From Rhodothermales bacterium (lineage in GTDB: Bacteria; Bacteroidota; Rhodothermia; Rhodothermales; JANQRZ01), in NCBI GenBank assembly GCA_965215165.1, contig CBDCCX010000006.1, positions 2,286,959 to 2,350,958 of the forward strand: a DNA stretch of 64,000 nt, in the 5' to 3' direction. A program made the position numbers and the translations under genes. A model generated the notes under the pieces. The model ran no database searches. It was not told where the DNA came from and was given only the letters and a program-made list of their open reading frames with translations. The first letter of the stretch is position 1. Every line of letters starts with the position of its first letter. Below, one piece after another: positions 34,165 to 44,119 of this stretch.

Positions 34165-35864
34165 TTCTCTGGTGCGTCGATGCCGAGGACGGCGAGGCCG
34201 TTCGCCAGCACCGTCCGCGCGGCGCGGGCAAGGGCGAGGCGGGCGGCGGCGAGCGGCGCTTCCTCGCCGACGATGTGGCAGTCGCGGTAGAACCCGTTGA
34301 AGGCCGTCGCCACGTCGCGGAGGTAGGTGGCGAGGCGGTGCGGCTGGTAGCTCGCGGCGGCATCGGCGATCTGGCCCGGCAGGCGGAGCAGCTCCTTCAT
34401 CAGCGCCGTCTCGCTCGGGTGCGTGAGCAGGTCCCACCGAGGCGCGTCCGTGGTCTCGACCGTCTCCTCGGCCTTGCGCTCGATGGAGCGGATGCGGGCG
34501 TGGGCGTACTGGAGGTAGAACACTGGGTTCTTCTCGCCGGCCTCCTTCGCCAAGTCGAGGTCGAAGTTGAGGTGGGTGCCGGGGCTGAGCATCAGGAAGA
34601 AGAACCGCACCACGTCCGGCCCGACCTCGTCGATGAGGTCGTCGAGCGTGACGAAGTTGGCCTTGCGCGTGCTCATCTTGACCGGCTCGCCGGCGCGGAC
34701 GAGGGTCACGAACTGGTAGACCACCACGTCGATCCGGGACGCGTCGCCGCCGAGCGCCTCGACGCCGCGCAGCACATCCGGGTAGGTGGCGATGTGGTCG
34801 GCCCCGAAGACATCCACGATGAGATCGAACGTGCGGTCGAGCTTGTCGAGGTGGTAGGCGATGTCGGGCAAACGGTAGGTCGGCTCGCCGGAGGACTTGA
34901 CCAAGACGGTGTCTACTGGCTGCTCGCCCTCCTCGTCGGTGACCGTCTTGCCGAGCGCGCCGGTCCTGAACCAGACGGCCCCGTCGCGGTCGTAGGCGAG
35001 GTCGCGTTCGCGGAGCCGCTTGACCACGTCCCACACAGCGCCCGAGTCGTAGAGCGAGCGCTCGTTGAAGTGCTCGTCCATCGCCACGCCGAGGCGGCGC
35101 AGCGTCGCCTCGATGTCGGCGAAGATGGCGGCTTGAGCGGCCTGCTGGAACGGCGTCTCGTCCGTGCCGAGCAGCGCGTCGCCGTGCTCCTCGAAGAGCG
35201 CCTGAGCAATGTCGGTGATGTACGCGCCCTGGTAGCCCTCCTCGGGGAAATCAGCGGGGACGACGGTGCCGTCGCCGAGCGGCCTAGTCGGCGCGCTGGG
35301 ATCGACGAGCGCCTGGTAGCGGGCGCGGACGCTCTGGCCGAGGACGCGCATCTGGCGGCCGGCGTCGTTGAAGTAGTACTCGCGCGTGACGCCGTAGCCG
35401 GCCCAATCGAGGAGGGTGGCGATCGTGTCGCCCAAGACGGCGTTGCGGCCGTGCCCGACCGTCAGCGGCCCGGTCGGGTTCGCCGAGACGTACTCGACGA
35501 TGGCGGTCTGGCCGGTCGCTTCGGTCCGTCCGAAGTCGGCTCCCTGTGCTAGAATCTCTGCGACGCCGTCGGCGAGGTAAGCGTCGGCGAAGCGGAAGTT
35601 GATGAAGCCCGGCCCGGCGATCTCGACGGCCGCGATCTCCCGCTCGTCGAGGTCGAGGCCCGCCACGAGCGACTCGGCGATCTGCCTCGGCGCGCGCTTG
35701 AGCGGGCGGGCGAGCTGGAGTGCAGCGTTCGTGGCGAGGTCGCCGTGCTCCGGCTGCGCGGGGGTCTGGAACTCGAACGCGAAGCCGGCCGGGTCAAAGT
35801 CGGCCGGGAGGTCGGGGAGCGCGGCGAGGGCGGTGCGGAGGTGCTGGGTGAGCGTGGCTTCCAT
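34158..35864 (-). CDS. argS: arginine--tRNA ligase
   Basis: Internal ATG (rc 35862-64): MEATLTQHLRTAL...; SANPTGPLTVGHGRN (HIGH region), KMSTRK (KMSK), C-terminal ...GIDAPEKM. Confidence 0.95.
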   Translation of the reverse strand: MEATLTQHLRTALAALPDLPADFDPAGFAFEFQTPAQPEHGDLATNAALQLARPLKRAPRQIAESLVAGLDLDEREIAAVEIAGPGFINFRFADAYLADGVAEILAQGADFGRTEATGQTAIVEYVSANPTGPLTVGHGRNAVLGDTIATLLDWAGYGVTREYYFNDAGRQMRVLGQSVRARYQALVDPSAPTRPLGDGTVVPADFPEEGYQGAYITDIAQALFEEHGDALLGTDETPFQQAAQAAIFADIEATLRRLGVAMDEHFNERSLYDSGAVWDVVKRLRERDLAYDRDGAVWFRTGALGKTVTDEEGEQPVDTVLVKSSGEPTYRLPDIAYHLDKLDRTFDLIVDVFGADHIATYPDVLRGVEALGGDASRIDVVVYQFVTLVRAGEPVKMSTRKANFVTLDDLIDEVGPDVVRFFFLMLSPGTHLNFDLDLAKEAGEKNPVFYLQYAHARIRSIERKAEETVETTDAPRWDLLTHPSETALMKELLRLPGQIADAAASYQPHRLATYLRDVATAFNGFYRDCHIVGEEAPLAAARLALARAARTVLANGLAVLGIDAPEKM

Positions 35865-36031
35865 GCGGGGCATCGGGCAGAGCGAGGGGAGGATGATAGG
35901 CACGCACGCAGCAGCCGTTCGCCCCTGGCCCGGTACCCGCCCGCATGATTCGGTGAATTCGCCGGCTGCGCCCGCCGCGCCCCGGCTAGGCGGGCGGCGT
36001 ACTTTTGCTCCTCCGCCACCGTGCCCGTTCT

Positions 36032-36778
36032 ATGCGCCCTGCCTGCCTCACCTTGCTCCTCGCCTTCGCAGCCTGCGCCTCGCCCGACGCCACGTCGGAC
36101 ACCGCCCCCCCGCCAGACGCCGCGCCGGAGCTGCGCGTCGTGACCGACAGCCTCGTCACCCACGACCCGGCCATCAACTACCGCATCGCAATCGCGTACC
36201 CGCAGATCGAGGGCTCAGCCGATCCCGCCGTCGCCCGAATCAACCGCGCCATCCGCGACACGCTCGTCGCCTTCACGATGGAGGTCCGCCCCGACCCGGA
36301 CGGCTTCACGGGCGACCCGGAGCAGGACCGCCTCCACGTCGGCGAGGCGGAGGGCGGCCCGGCCCGCACCTTTCTCGGCGGCGGCGTCTTCAGCAGCCGG
36401 GTCGATGTCTACCTCTACACCGGCGGCGCGCACGGCCTGACCCTCGCCTTCCCGTTCACCTTCGACCTTACCACGGGGGAGCCGGTTCGCCCCGCAGACG
36501 TGTTCCGCCCCAGCGCGGCGGTGACGGACACCCTGGCCGCTCGCGCGACGGAGCGGCTCGCGGCCCGCCTCCCCGGTGCCCTCTTCGGCGGGGCCGTGCC
36601 TGCCGAGCCGGACCTGTTCTCGGTGGTCACGCTCGGGGCCGACAGCCTGACCGTATTCTTCGGTCCGTATGCCGTCGCGCCCTACGCCGCCGGCCCGCAG
36701 GAGGTGACGTGGGCCTACGCCGATCTAGGCGACGTGCTCACCCGCTCCGGCCCCGTCGCCGCCCTCGCCGGCCGCTAA
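36032..36778 (+). CDS. DUF3298/DUF4163-type lipoprotein
   Basis: Internal ATG 36032: MRPACLTLLLAFAAC (lipobox); ...INRAIRDTLV... and ...YLYTGGAHG... motifs of the DUF4163/DUF3298 pair. Confidence 0.75.
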   Translation: MRPACLTLLLAFAACASPDATSDTAPPPDAAPELRVVTDSLVTHDPAINYRIAIAYPQIEGSADPAVARINRAIRDTLVAFTMEVRPDPDGFTGDPEQDRLHVGEAEGGPARTFLGGGVFSSRVDVYLYTGGAHGLTLAFPFTFDLTTGEPVRPADVFRPSAAVTDTLAARATERLAARLPGALFGGAVPAEPDLFSVVTLGADSLTVFFGPYAVAPYAAGPQEVTWAYADLGDVLTRSGPVAALAGR

Positions 36779-36798
36779 TCTCTTCCCACCCTGCTCTC

Positions 36799-37233
36799 AT
36801 GCGCGTCTCCCTCCTCCTCCTCCTCGCCGCCCTCTTCGCGTTCGGCTGCGCCTCCTCCAGCGGCAGTGCCGTCGTCGTACCTCCTAGCTCCAGCGACGCC
36901 TCCTCCGCTGCACCGGACGGCGACCTGCTGCTCGACGGCGTGTCGATCCTCGGCGAATGGACGGCGGTCGGCGCGCTCGACGAGCCCGAGGCCGACCGCG
37001 ATCTGCGGACCGGGCTGCTCGTCAAGAGCCTCGTCCTGCAGCCGGATGGCGGGGCGACGCTCACCGGCGAGGACCGCCGCGCCGAGACGGGACCGGTGGT
37101 CTACGACGGCCGCGTCTCCGGCGACCGGATCGAGTTCGACGGCCTGCCCGGTGCCGCCCTGATTGCGCTCCGCTCCGACGGCCGCCTCGTCCTGACCGAC
37201 CCGCGCGGCCGGCGGACTATCTACGAGCGGTAG
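36799..37233 (+). CDS. hypothetical lipoprotein (144 aa)
   Basis: ATG 36799 in the tail of ORF 35599..37233: MRVSLLLLLAALFAFGC (lipobox) followed by normal composition. Confidence 0.6.
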   Translation: MRVSLLLLLAALFAFGCASSSGSAVVVPPSSSDASSAAPDGDLLLDGVSILGEWTAVGALDEPEADRDLRTGLLVKSLVLQPDGGATLTGEDRRAETGPVVYDGRVSGDRIEFDGLPGAALIALRSDGRLVLTDPRGRRTIYER

Positions 37234-37241
37234 GCGAGCCC

Positions 37242-38513
37242 TCACACCCGGTAGATCGAGAACTCGTCGCGCCGGGCATAGAGGTTCGTGGCGATGGCGA
37301 CCAGAACCGTGTTCGCTAGGAGCGCCGAGCCGCCGTAGGACACCAGCGGCAGCGGGATCCCGATCACCGGCACCACGCCGATCGTCATCCCGACGTTGAT
37401 CACGACGTGCGTCAGGAAGATGCCCGCCACACCCGCGGCGAAGACCTTGATGAACGTGTGCGCCGCCCAGCTCCCGAGCGCCGCCAGCCGAATCAGCAGG
37501 TAGCCGAACAGCCCGAGCACCAGCATCGTCCCGAGGAACCCGAACTCCTCGCCGACGACCGTGAAGATGAAGTCGGTGGACTGCTCCGGGATGAAGGCGA
37601 GCTGCGTCTGCGTCCCCTGCATGTAGCCCTTGCCGAGCAGACCGCCCGACCCGATGGCCGCCTTCGACTGGATCACGTGGTAGCCGGCCGTGCTGGCGAA
37701 CGCCTCGGGGTTGGTGAACGCGATGATGCGGCTGACCTGGTGGGGCCGGAGGATCTTCGTCAGCCCGATCCACGCCGCGATCCCGAAGACGCCGGTGAAG
37801 AGAAAGGCCGCCGTGGTCAGCCACCGGTCGCGCGTGGCGGCGAGGATGGCGGCGGTGAAGAGGAGCGCGAAGATCAGGACGTAGATGGGGAACGCCGCGT
37901 CGTTCTGCACGACCGCGAGGTAGCCCGCCAAGGCCGGGGCCACCATCAGCGCCATCAGCGAGAGCGGGACGCCCCCCCAGAAGAGCACGAACGGGATCAT
38001 GGCGAGGTAGATCAGCGCGGTGCCGGTCTCGTTCTGCCAGATGATGATTACGACGGGCAGCAGCACGATCCCGACGGCGACGAGGGCGTAGCGGAGCCGC
38101 CCGGTCCGCGCCTGCTTCGAGGCCAGGTACTTCGCCACGGCCATCAGGGTGCCGATCTTCGCCAGCTCTGCTGTCTGCAAGCCGAACGGCCCGATGTAGA
38201 GCCAGGCCGTCGCCCCGTTGACCTCGCGCCCGAAGAGCTTGGTCGCCACCAGGAGGGCGATGCCGATGGCGTAGGCCGGGTACGCCGTCCGGTCCCAGAC
38301 CCGCGCCGGGACCAGCAGGATCGCCGCGAAGGCGACCGCCGAGATGCCGAACCACATGAACTGCCGGTCGAAGTTGCGCTGCACCGTGTTGAGCAGAAAC
38401 TCCGAGGCCGGGCCGTGGGTGGCGCTGTAGATCGCCGTCAGGCCGACCGAGACCAGGCCGGCCCACGCTAGCAGCACGGTCCAGTCGATGTTGCGGTACC
38501 AGGTGCGGTTCAT
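37242..38513 (-). CDS. rodA: rod shape-determining SEDS protein RodA
   Basis: Internal ATG (rc 38511-13): MNRTWYRNIDWTVLLAW...; multi-TM FtsW/RodA pattern (...FGLQTAELAKI..., ...PEQSTDFIF..., ...GIPLPLVSYGGS...). Confidence 0.9.
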   Translation of the reverse strand: MNRTWYRNIDWTVLLAWAGLVSVGLTAIYSATHGPASEFLLNTVQRNFDRQFMWFGISAVAFAAILLVPARVWDRTAYPAYAIGIALLVATKLFGREVNGATAWLYIGPFGLQTAELAKIGTLMAVAKYLASKQARTGRLRYALVAVGIVLLPVVIIIWQNETGTALIYLAMIPFVLFWGGVPLSLMALMVAPALAGYLAVVQNDAAFPIYVLIFALLFTAAILAATRDRWLTTAAFLFTGVFGIAAWIGLTKILRPHQVSRIIAFTNPEAFASTAGYHVIQSKAAIGSGGLLGKGYMQGTQTQLAFIPEQSTDFIFTVVGEEFGFLGTMLVLGLFGYLLIRLAALGSWAAHTFIKVFAAGVAGIFLTHVVINVGMTIGVVPVIGIPLPLVSYGGSALLANTVLVAIATNLYARRDEFSIYRV

Positions 38514-38615
38514 AAAGGGTGGATGTGGTTCGTGGTTCGTTGTGGGTCGAGCGCTGGCAGCAGCAGAGACGCGAGCGCCCTCCACTAACAACTACCCACT
38601 ATCTACTAACCAAAG

Positions 38616-40463
38616 TCAATTCGTCTCGATGGGCGCACTCTTCTGCGCCCGCGTGAAGGCGACCAGCTCGGGCCGCTTGATCTCGCCGGTCAAGGCCTGC
38701 TCGATCATCAGGCTCGCGATCGGTGCCGCTGCCGTCGAGCCGTAGCCGGCATTCTCGATGATCACGCCGACGGCGATCTGGGGGTCGTCGGCCGGGGCGT
38801 AGGCGATAAACACTGAGTGGTCCTTGCCCTGCGGGTTCTCGGACGTGCCGGTTTTGCCGGCCACCGGGATGCCGTCGATCTGGGCGCGTCGCGCGGTGCC
38901 GGCCTCGACGACCAGCTCCATGCCACGCTTGACGATCTCGAAGTTGCGCTCCGAGATCGGGATCTGCTCGGCGCGGTGGCGCGGCTCGATCCGCTCGCCG
39001 GTCTCGGTGTTGACCTCGTAGGCGACCAGGTGCGGCGTGACGAGCTTGCCCTCGGTGGCGACGGCGGCCGTCATGCGGGCAAGCTGGAGCGGGGTCGTGC
39101 CCATGTTGCCCTGCCCGATGCCGAGGTTGACCGTGTAGCCCGGCCCCCAGCCGTGCGGAAAGATGCGGTCGTAGTACGACGAGTCCGGGATCAGGCCGGG
39201 GCTCTGGTCGGGAAAGTCGAGCGGGGCCAGGATCCCGAAGCCGAACCGGCGCGCCCAGTTGCCCCACGTCGTCAGGTCGAACCGTTTGCCGTTGATGGTG
39301 TCGTTCATCAGGCGGAAGAAGAACGTGTTGCAGCTCACCTGGATGGCGCGCTTGACCGCGATGTTGCCGTGCGCGCCGCCGTGGCACTTGAAGAGCCGCC
39401 CGCCGAGGCGGTAGCCGCCGGGGCAGTAGAGCTGGGTGTCCTCGGTGATCATGCCCTCCTCCAGCGCGATGGCTGCCATGAACGGCTTCCAGGTCGAGCC
39501 CGGCGGCTGGCTGCTCTGGGTGGCGCGGTTGAACAGCGGCTTGTCCGGGTTACGGTAGATGTAGTCGACAAACTCCTGGTTCAGGCGGCCGGCGAAGCGC
39601 GTCGGGTCGTAATCCGGAGCGCTGACCATCGCGATGATGCCGCCGGTGTTGACGTCGAGGGCGACGGCCCCGCCGCGCATGTTCACCATCAGGCTCTCAG
39701 CCAAGGCCTGCACCTTGGCATCCATCGTGAGGTGCAGCTCGTAGCCGCTCTGCGGGTCGATGTCCTCCTGTCCCTCCTCGTAGGGCATCACCTCCATGCC
39801 GTGGACGTTGACGAGGACGAAGTCGCGCCCCGGCCGGCCGCGCAGCACGGTCTCGTACTCCTTCTCGACGCCCGCCTGCCCGACGATGTCGCCGAGCCGG
39901 TAGCCCTGCTGGCGCATCTGGTCGAGCTGGCCCTCGGTGATCTCGCGGACGTAGCCGAGCGCGTGGCTCGCGCGGGCGTCGGTGTGGTAGCCGCGCTTCT
40001 GGGCGATCTCGAAGCCGACGCCCGGCAGCCGCCAGCTCTCCTCCCGGACGCGGGCGAACGCCCGGAACGGAATGTCCTTGAGGAAGAGCGAGGTCTTGTA
40101 CGACGAGTAGTCGTTGATCTCGGCGTACTTCGCCTCGGCCAGCGAGTCCGAGACGCCGGCCAACTCCGCCAGCAAGCCGAGCTTCTCGCGCTCGAAGTAG
40201 CGCGGCGTCAGCGTGATCGCGTAGATCGGCTCGTTGTCGACCAGGAGCAGCCCGCCCCGGTCGTAGATCAGGCCGCGCGCCGGGCCGACGACCTTCTGGT
40301 CGACCGAGTTGGCGAGCGCCTCGTCGGTGTACTGGTCGCGGTTGAGGAGCTGCATCTGGACGAGCTGCGCCGTCAGCAGCCCGAGCAGCACGAGGACGAC
40401 CCCGGAGAAGATCTTCAGCCGGAGGCCACTTCTTTCTTGAACGGCCGTGGTATCTGCTTTCAT
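38616..40463 (-). CDS. mrdA: penicillin-binding protein 2 (peptidoglycan D,D-transpeptidase MrdA)
   Basis: 615 aa; N-terminal TM helix, ...RG.IYDRGG..LV.N..., SxxK (GSTWKPF), SCN, KTGT motifs. Confidence 0.9.
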   Translation of the reverse strand: MKADTTAVQERSGLRLKIFSGVVLVLLGLLTAQLVQMQLLNRDQYTDEALANSVDQKVVGPARGLIYDRGGLLLVDNEPIYAITLTPRYFEREKLGLLAELAGVSDSLAEAKYAEINDYSSYKTSLFLKDIPFRAFARVREESWRLPGVGFEIAQKRGYHTDARASHALGYVREITEGQLDQMRQQGYRLGDIVGQAGVEKEYETVLRGRPGRDFVLVNVHGMEVMPYEEGQEDIDPQSGYELHLTMDAKVQALAESLMVNMRGGAVALDVNTGGIIAMVSAPDYDPTRFAGRLNQEFVDYIYRNPDKPLFNRATQSSQPPGSTWKPFMAAIALEEGMITEDTQLYCPGGYRLGGRLFKCHGGAHGNIAVKRAIQVSCNTFFFRLMNDTINGKRFDLTTWGNWARRFGFGILAPLDFPDQSPGLIPDSSYYDRIFPHGWGPGYTVNLGIGQGNMGTTPLQLARMTAAVATEGKLVTPHLVAYEVNTETGERIEPRHRAEQIPISERNFEIVKRGMELVVEAGTARRAQIDGIPVAGKTGTSENPQGKDHSVFIAYAPADDPQIAVGVIIENAGYGSTAAAPIASLMIEQALTGEIKRPELVAFTRAQKSAPIETN

Positions 40464-40874
40464 CAGGTCGGGAGCGAGGAGGGATCAGGGACCGGAAGAA
40501 CGCAAAAACCGCCCCCCGTATTTCCAAGGCCGAGCTTACACGCGGCGTGCTGGGTGGGGATTCTCCCGTTACACATCTTTGATACTCTTTCGGGTACGGT
40601 CTCTGCCCCCACGCTCGTTCCCTGCCCACGCACCGACTCACCGCCCGCTCTCCACCGGTCACCGACCGCCCGAGGCCGTCCGGCCGCTTTGGGCCGGGTG
40701 GAAAGAACCCCACAGAAGATATTGGGTACATCGCTATCTCTCGCACGCCGTCCGTCTCCTCCGACCTCAGAGGGCAGTTCCCGGTCTCCTTGTTACTCGC
40801 CGCCGCCTTGCGCCCGGCTTTGCCGATCCACCCTCGACCTGTCGCCCCCAAGCGGCGACGCTGACCCCGGCTCT

Positions 40875-43800
40875 ATGACTGCCCTCCGGCTCTCGCTCCT
40901 CCTCGCCCTCGCGCTGTTCCTCGCCGTGCCCGACGCCGCGGCGCAGTACTTCGGCCGCAACAAGGTCCAGTACGACGACTTCGACTTCCGCGTGCTCAAG
41001 ACCGAGCACTTCGACATCCACTACTACCCCGAGGAGGAGCAGGGCGTCCGCGACGCCGCCCGCATGGCCGAGCGCTGGTACACGAGGCTCTCGACGATTC
41101 TCGGCCACGAGTTCGACGAGCGCAAGGCGATCATCCTCTACGCCGACGACGCCGACTTCCAGCAGACCAACGTCATCAGCGGGCAGATCGGGCAGGGCAC
41201 GGGCGGCGTCACCGAGGGCTTCAAGCAGCGGATCGTGATGCCGCTCACCGGCTCCTACGCCGACACCGACCACGTCCTCGGCCACGAGCTCGTCCACCAG
41301 TTCCAGTACGACATGGCGCAGCGCGACGGCCTGTTCTCGGGCTTCATCCGCCTGCCGCTCTGGATCATCGAGGGCTTCGCCGAATACCTGTCCGTCGGCC
41401 GCGAGGACGTGCACACGGCGATGTGGCTGCGCGACGCCGTCCTCCGCGACGACTTCCCGACGCTCGAGCAGCTCTCGCGCGACCCGCGCTACTTCCCCTA
41501 CCGCTACGGCCAGGCATTCTGGGCCTACGTCGGCGGGACCTACGGCGACGAGGGCGCGGTGAACCTCTTCAAGACCGCGCTCTCGATGGAGCTCGACTCG
41601 GCGATTGTCAGCGTGACCGGGCTCACGCCGGACTCGCTCGGCGCGCGCTGGAGCCGCGCCGTCGCGAGCACCTACAGCCCGCTCGTGCGCACGATGGAGG
41701 CCCCACCCTACGCAAACGTCGACGCCGACCGCGACGAGATCGACGCCCGGCTGGACTCGCTCGGCGTGACCGAGATGGCCGGCCGGCGGCTGCTAGCGCG
41801 CGAGCTCTCCGGCGGCGACATCAACATCTCGCCCGCCCTCAGCCCGGACGGCCGCTACGTCGCCTTCCTCTCGGACCAGGACCTGTTCGGGATCGACCTC
41901 TTCCTGGCCGACGCCCGCTCCGGCGAGGTCCTCAAGAAGCTCGGCGACGTGTCGAGCGACGGGCACCTCGACGCGCTCCGGTTCATCAACTCGGCCGGCA
42001 CCTGGAGCCCCGACGGCGAGAAGTTCGCCTTCGTCGTCTTCGTCGAGGGCGACAACGAGATCGCGGTGCTCGACGTGAACTCGCGCGAGATCGAGCGGCG
42101 CATCCGCGTCACCGGCGTCGGCGCGGTCAAGGACCCGGCGTGGAGCCCCGACGGCCAGAGCATCGCCTTCACCGGCATCAAGGGCGGGCTCTCGGACCTC
42201 TACCTCGTCGACGTCGAGGGCGGCACGGCGCGGCAGCTCACCAACGACCGCTACCTCGACCTCCAGCCGGCGTGGAGCCCCGACGGCCAGACGCTCGCCT
42301 TCTCGACCGACCGCGGGCCGGGCACCTCGTTCGACCGCCTCACGACGGCCCCCGCCCGCCTCGCGCTCTTCGACCTCGGGACCAGCGAGGTCCGCCTGCT
42401 CTCGCTCTTCGAGGGCGCGAAGCACATCAACCCGCAGTTCAGCCCCGACGGCGAGAGCCTCTACTTCATCGCCGACCGCAGCGGCTTCTCGAACATCTAC
42501 CGCACCGAGATGGCCTCGGGCGACGTGTTCCAGGTGACCGACATCGCCACCGGGGTGAGCGGCATCACGTCGCTCTCGCCCGCCCTGTCGGTGGCGGCGC
42601 AGTCGGGCACGGTGCTGTTCTCGGTGTTCGAGGCGCAGGGCTACAACATGTACGCCCTCGACGCGGCCGAGACGCAGGGCACCGCCATCGAGCCGCTCGC
42701 CGCCGTAATGGAGGACGTGGGGGACGGCCGGCCGGGCACCGAAGCGGCGGGCCTGCTGCCGCCGACCGACGCGCTCAGCCGGAGCAAGGTCGACGGCTAC
42801 CTCGCCGATGCCGGCACCGGCCTGCCCGACACGCGGAGCTTCCCCGACGACAAATACACCCCCAAGCTCGGCCTCGACTTCGTGACGCAGCCGTCGGTTG
42901 GCGCGGGCTACGACCCGTACTACGGCGTCGGGGTCGGCGGCGGCGTGGCGATGCGCTTCTCGGACGTGCTCGGCAACAACGTCGTCGGCGCGTCGATCCA
43001 GGCCAACGGCTCGTTCAAGGACATCGGCGGGCAGGTGTTCTACCTCAACCAGCGCCGCCGCCTCAACTGGGGCGGGACGGTCTCGCACCTCCCGTTCCTC
43101 CAGGTCTTCGGCATCCGGGACACCATCGACAACTGCGTCGACCAGAACGGCAACCCGTGCCCGATTACCACGCGGCTGTACCAGCGGATCTACCTCTCGC
43201 AGGCCGCCGGGATCGCGACCTATCCGCTCTCGCAGACGCGCCGGTTCGAGGGCAGCGCCGGCTACCGCCGCATCGGGTACGACTTCGAGATCGACCGGGC
43301 CTCGCTCGACGCCAGCGGCGGCATTCGGATTCAGCGCGAGAGCCTGGACGCCAACGCGCTCGGCGGGGACCTCTCGACGCTCCACCTCGGCGAGGTCGGC
43401 GCGGCCTACGTCGGCGACTACTCGTTCTTCGGCTTCACCTCGCCGGTGCGCGGCGGGCGCTACCGCTTCGGGCTCGACGCGACGGCCGGCTCGCTGAACT
43501 ACCTCACCGCCACGGCCGACTACCGGCGCTACGTCTACGCCAAGCCGTTCACCTTCGCCGCCCGCGCGCTCCACTACGGGCGCTACGGCTCCGACGCCGA
43601 GAACGGGGCGCTCTTCCCGCTCTACCTCGGCTACGGCACGCTCGTGCGCGGCTACCGCTCCTCGACGCTCACCGACCGGGACCTCTCGTTCCTCCTGGAC
43701 CGCCTCTACGGCAGCAAGCTGGGCGTGGCGAGTGCCGAGATCCGGCTCCCGTTCCTCGGGACCAGCCAGTTCGGCCTAATCAACTTTCCCTACCTCCCGA

Positions 43801-44042
43801 CCGAGCTGACGCTCTTCGCCGACGCCGGCATGGCGTGGGGCAACACCGGCGAGCCGTTCTCGCTGTCGTCGGACAACATCCTCGGCAACCCCTTCTCCGA
43901 GGCCGAACCGATCTACAGCGCGGGCGCGTCGGCCCGCGTCAACGTCCTCGGGGCGCTCATTCTGGAGGTCTACTACGCCGTGCCATTCTCGCGCCAGGGC
44001 ACGCCGGGCGTCTGGGGCCTCAACTTCTCGCCGGGCTGGTGA
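40875..44042 (+). CDS. secreted fusion protein: HExxH metallopeptidase-like domain + TolB-type PD40 beta-propeller(s) + Omp85/surface-antigen-type C-terminal beta-barrel (1055 aa)
   Basis: ATG 40875 in ORF 38817..44042: signal peptide MTALRLSLLLALALFLAVPDAAAQ; DHVLGHELVHQF (HExxH); repeated P.(W/L)SPDG...AF blades; C-terminal barrel ending ...WGLNFSPGW. Confidence 0.8.
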   Translation: MTALRLSLLLALALFLAVPDAAAQYFGRNKVQYDDFDFRVLKTEHFDIHYYPEEEQGVRDAARMAERWYTRLSTILGHEFDERKAIILYADDADFQQTNVISGQIGQGTGGVTEGFKQRIVMPLTGSYADTDHVLGHELVHQFQYDMAQRDGLFSGFIRLPLWIIEGFAEYLSVGREDVHTAMWLRDAVLRDDFPTLEQLSRDPRYFPYRYGQAFWAYVGGTYGDEGAVNLFKTALSMELDSAIVSVTGLTPDSLGARWSRAVASTYSPLVRTMEAPPYANVDADRDEIDARLDSLGVTEMAGRRLLARELSGGDINISPALSPDGRYVAFLSDQDLFGIDLFLADARSGEVLKKLGDVSSDGHLDALRFINSAGTWSPDGEKFAFVVFVEGDNEIAVLDVNSREIERRIRVTGVGAVKDPAWSPDGQSIAFTGIKGGLSDLYLVDVEGGTARQLTNDRYLDLQPAWSPDGQTLAFSTDRGPGTSFDRLTTAPARLALFDLGTSEVRLLSLFEGAKHINPQFSPDGESLYFIADRSGFSNIYRTEMASGDVFQVTDIATGVSGITSLSPALSVAAQSGTVLFSVFEAQGYNMYALDAAETQGTAIEPLAAVMEDVGDGRPGTEAAGLLPPTDALSRSKVDGYLADAGTGLPDTRSFPDDKYTPKLGLDFVTQPSVGAGYDPYYGVGVGGGVAMRFSDVLGNNVVGASIQANGSFKDIGGQVFYLNQRRRLNWGGTVSHLPFLQVFGIRDTIDNCVDQNGNPCPITTRLYQRIYLSQAAGIATYPLSQTRRFEGSAGYRRIGYDFEIDRASLDASGGIRIQRESLDANALGGDLSTLHLGEVGAAYVGDYSFFGFTSPVRGGRYRFGLDATAGSLNYLTATADYRRYVYAKPFTFAARALHYGRYGSDAENGALFPLYLGYGTLVRGYRSSTLTDRDLSFLLDRLYGSKLGVASAEIRLPFLGTSQFGLINFPYLPTELTLFADAGMAWGNTGEPFSLSSDNILGNPFSEAEPIYSAGASARVNVLGALILEVYYAVPFSRQGTPGVWGLNFSPGW

Positions 44043-44043
44043 G

Positions 44044-44118
44044 GCGAGCGACGAGCTCCGAACAGCGAGCGACGAGTGGTACCTTCGGGCACCCACTTGT
44101 CGTTCCTAGCCCGTCGCT
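44044..44118 (+). repeat. hairpin-forming leader element immediately upstream of pyrD (same family as 4638-4711 / 32726-32790)
   Basis: gcgagcgacgag direct repeat (44044-55, 44065-76). cgagcgacg / cgtcgctcg and gagtgg / ccactt inverted arms. tcgttcctag (44100-09) + cccgtcgct (44110-18), ending 1 nt before GTG 44120. Confidence 0.55.
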
Positions 44119-44119
44119 C

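Noticed and set aside
38817-44042. 1741-aa ORF, the longest in the track
   Set aside because: Its first about 2 kb is antisense to mrdA and encodes Arg/Ala/Gly/Asp-rich junk. Only the part from ATG 40875 (signal peptide onward) looks like a protein. Stop codons are rare in all frames at this GC content.
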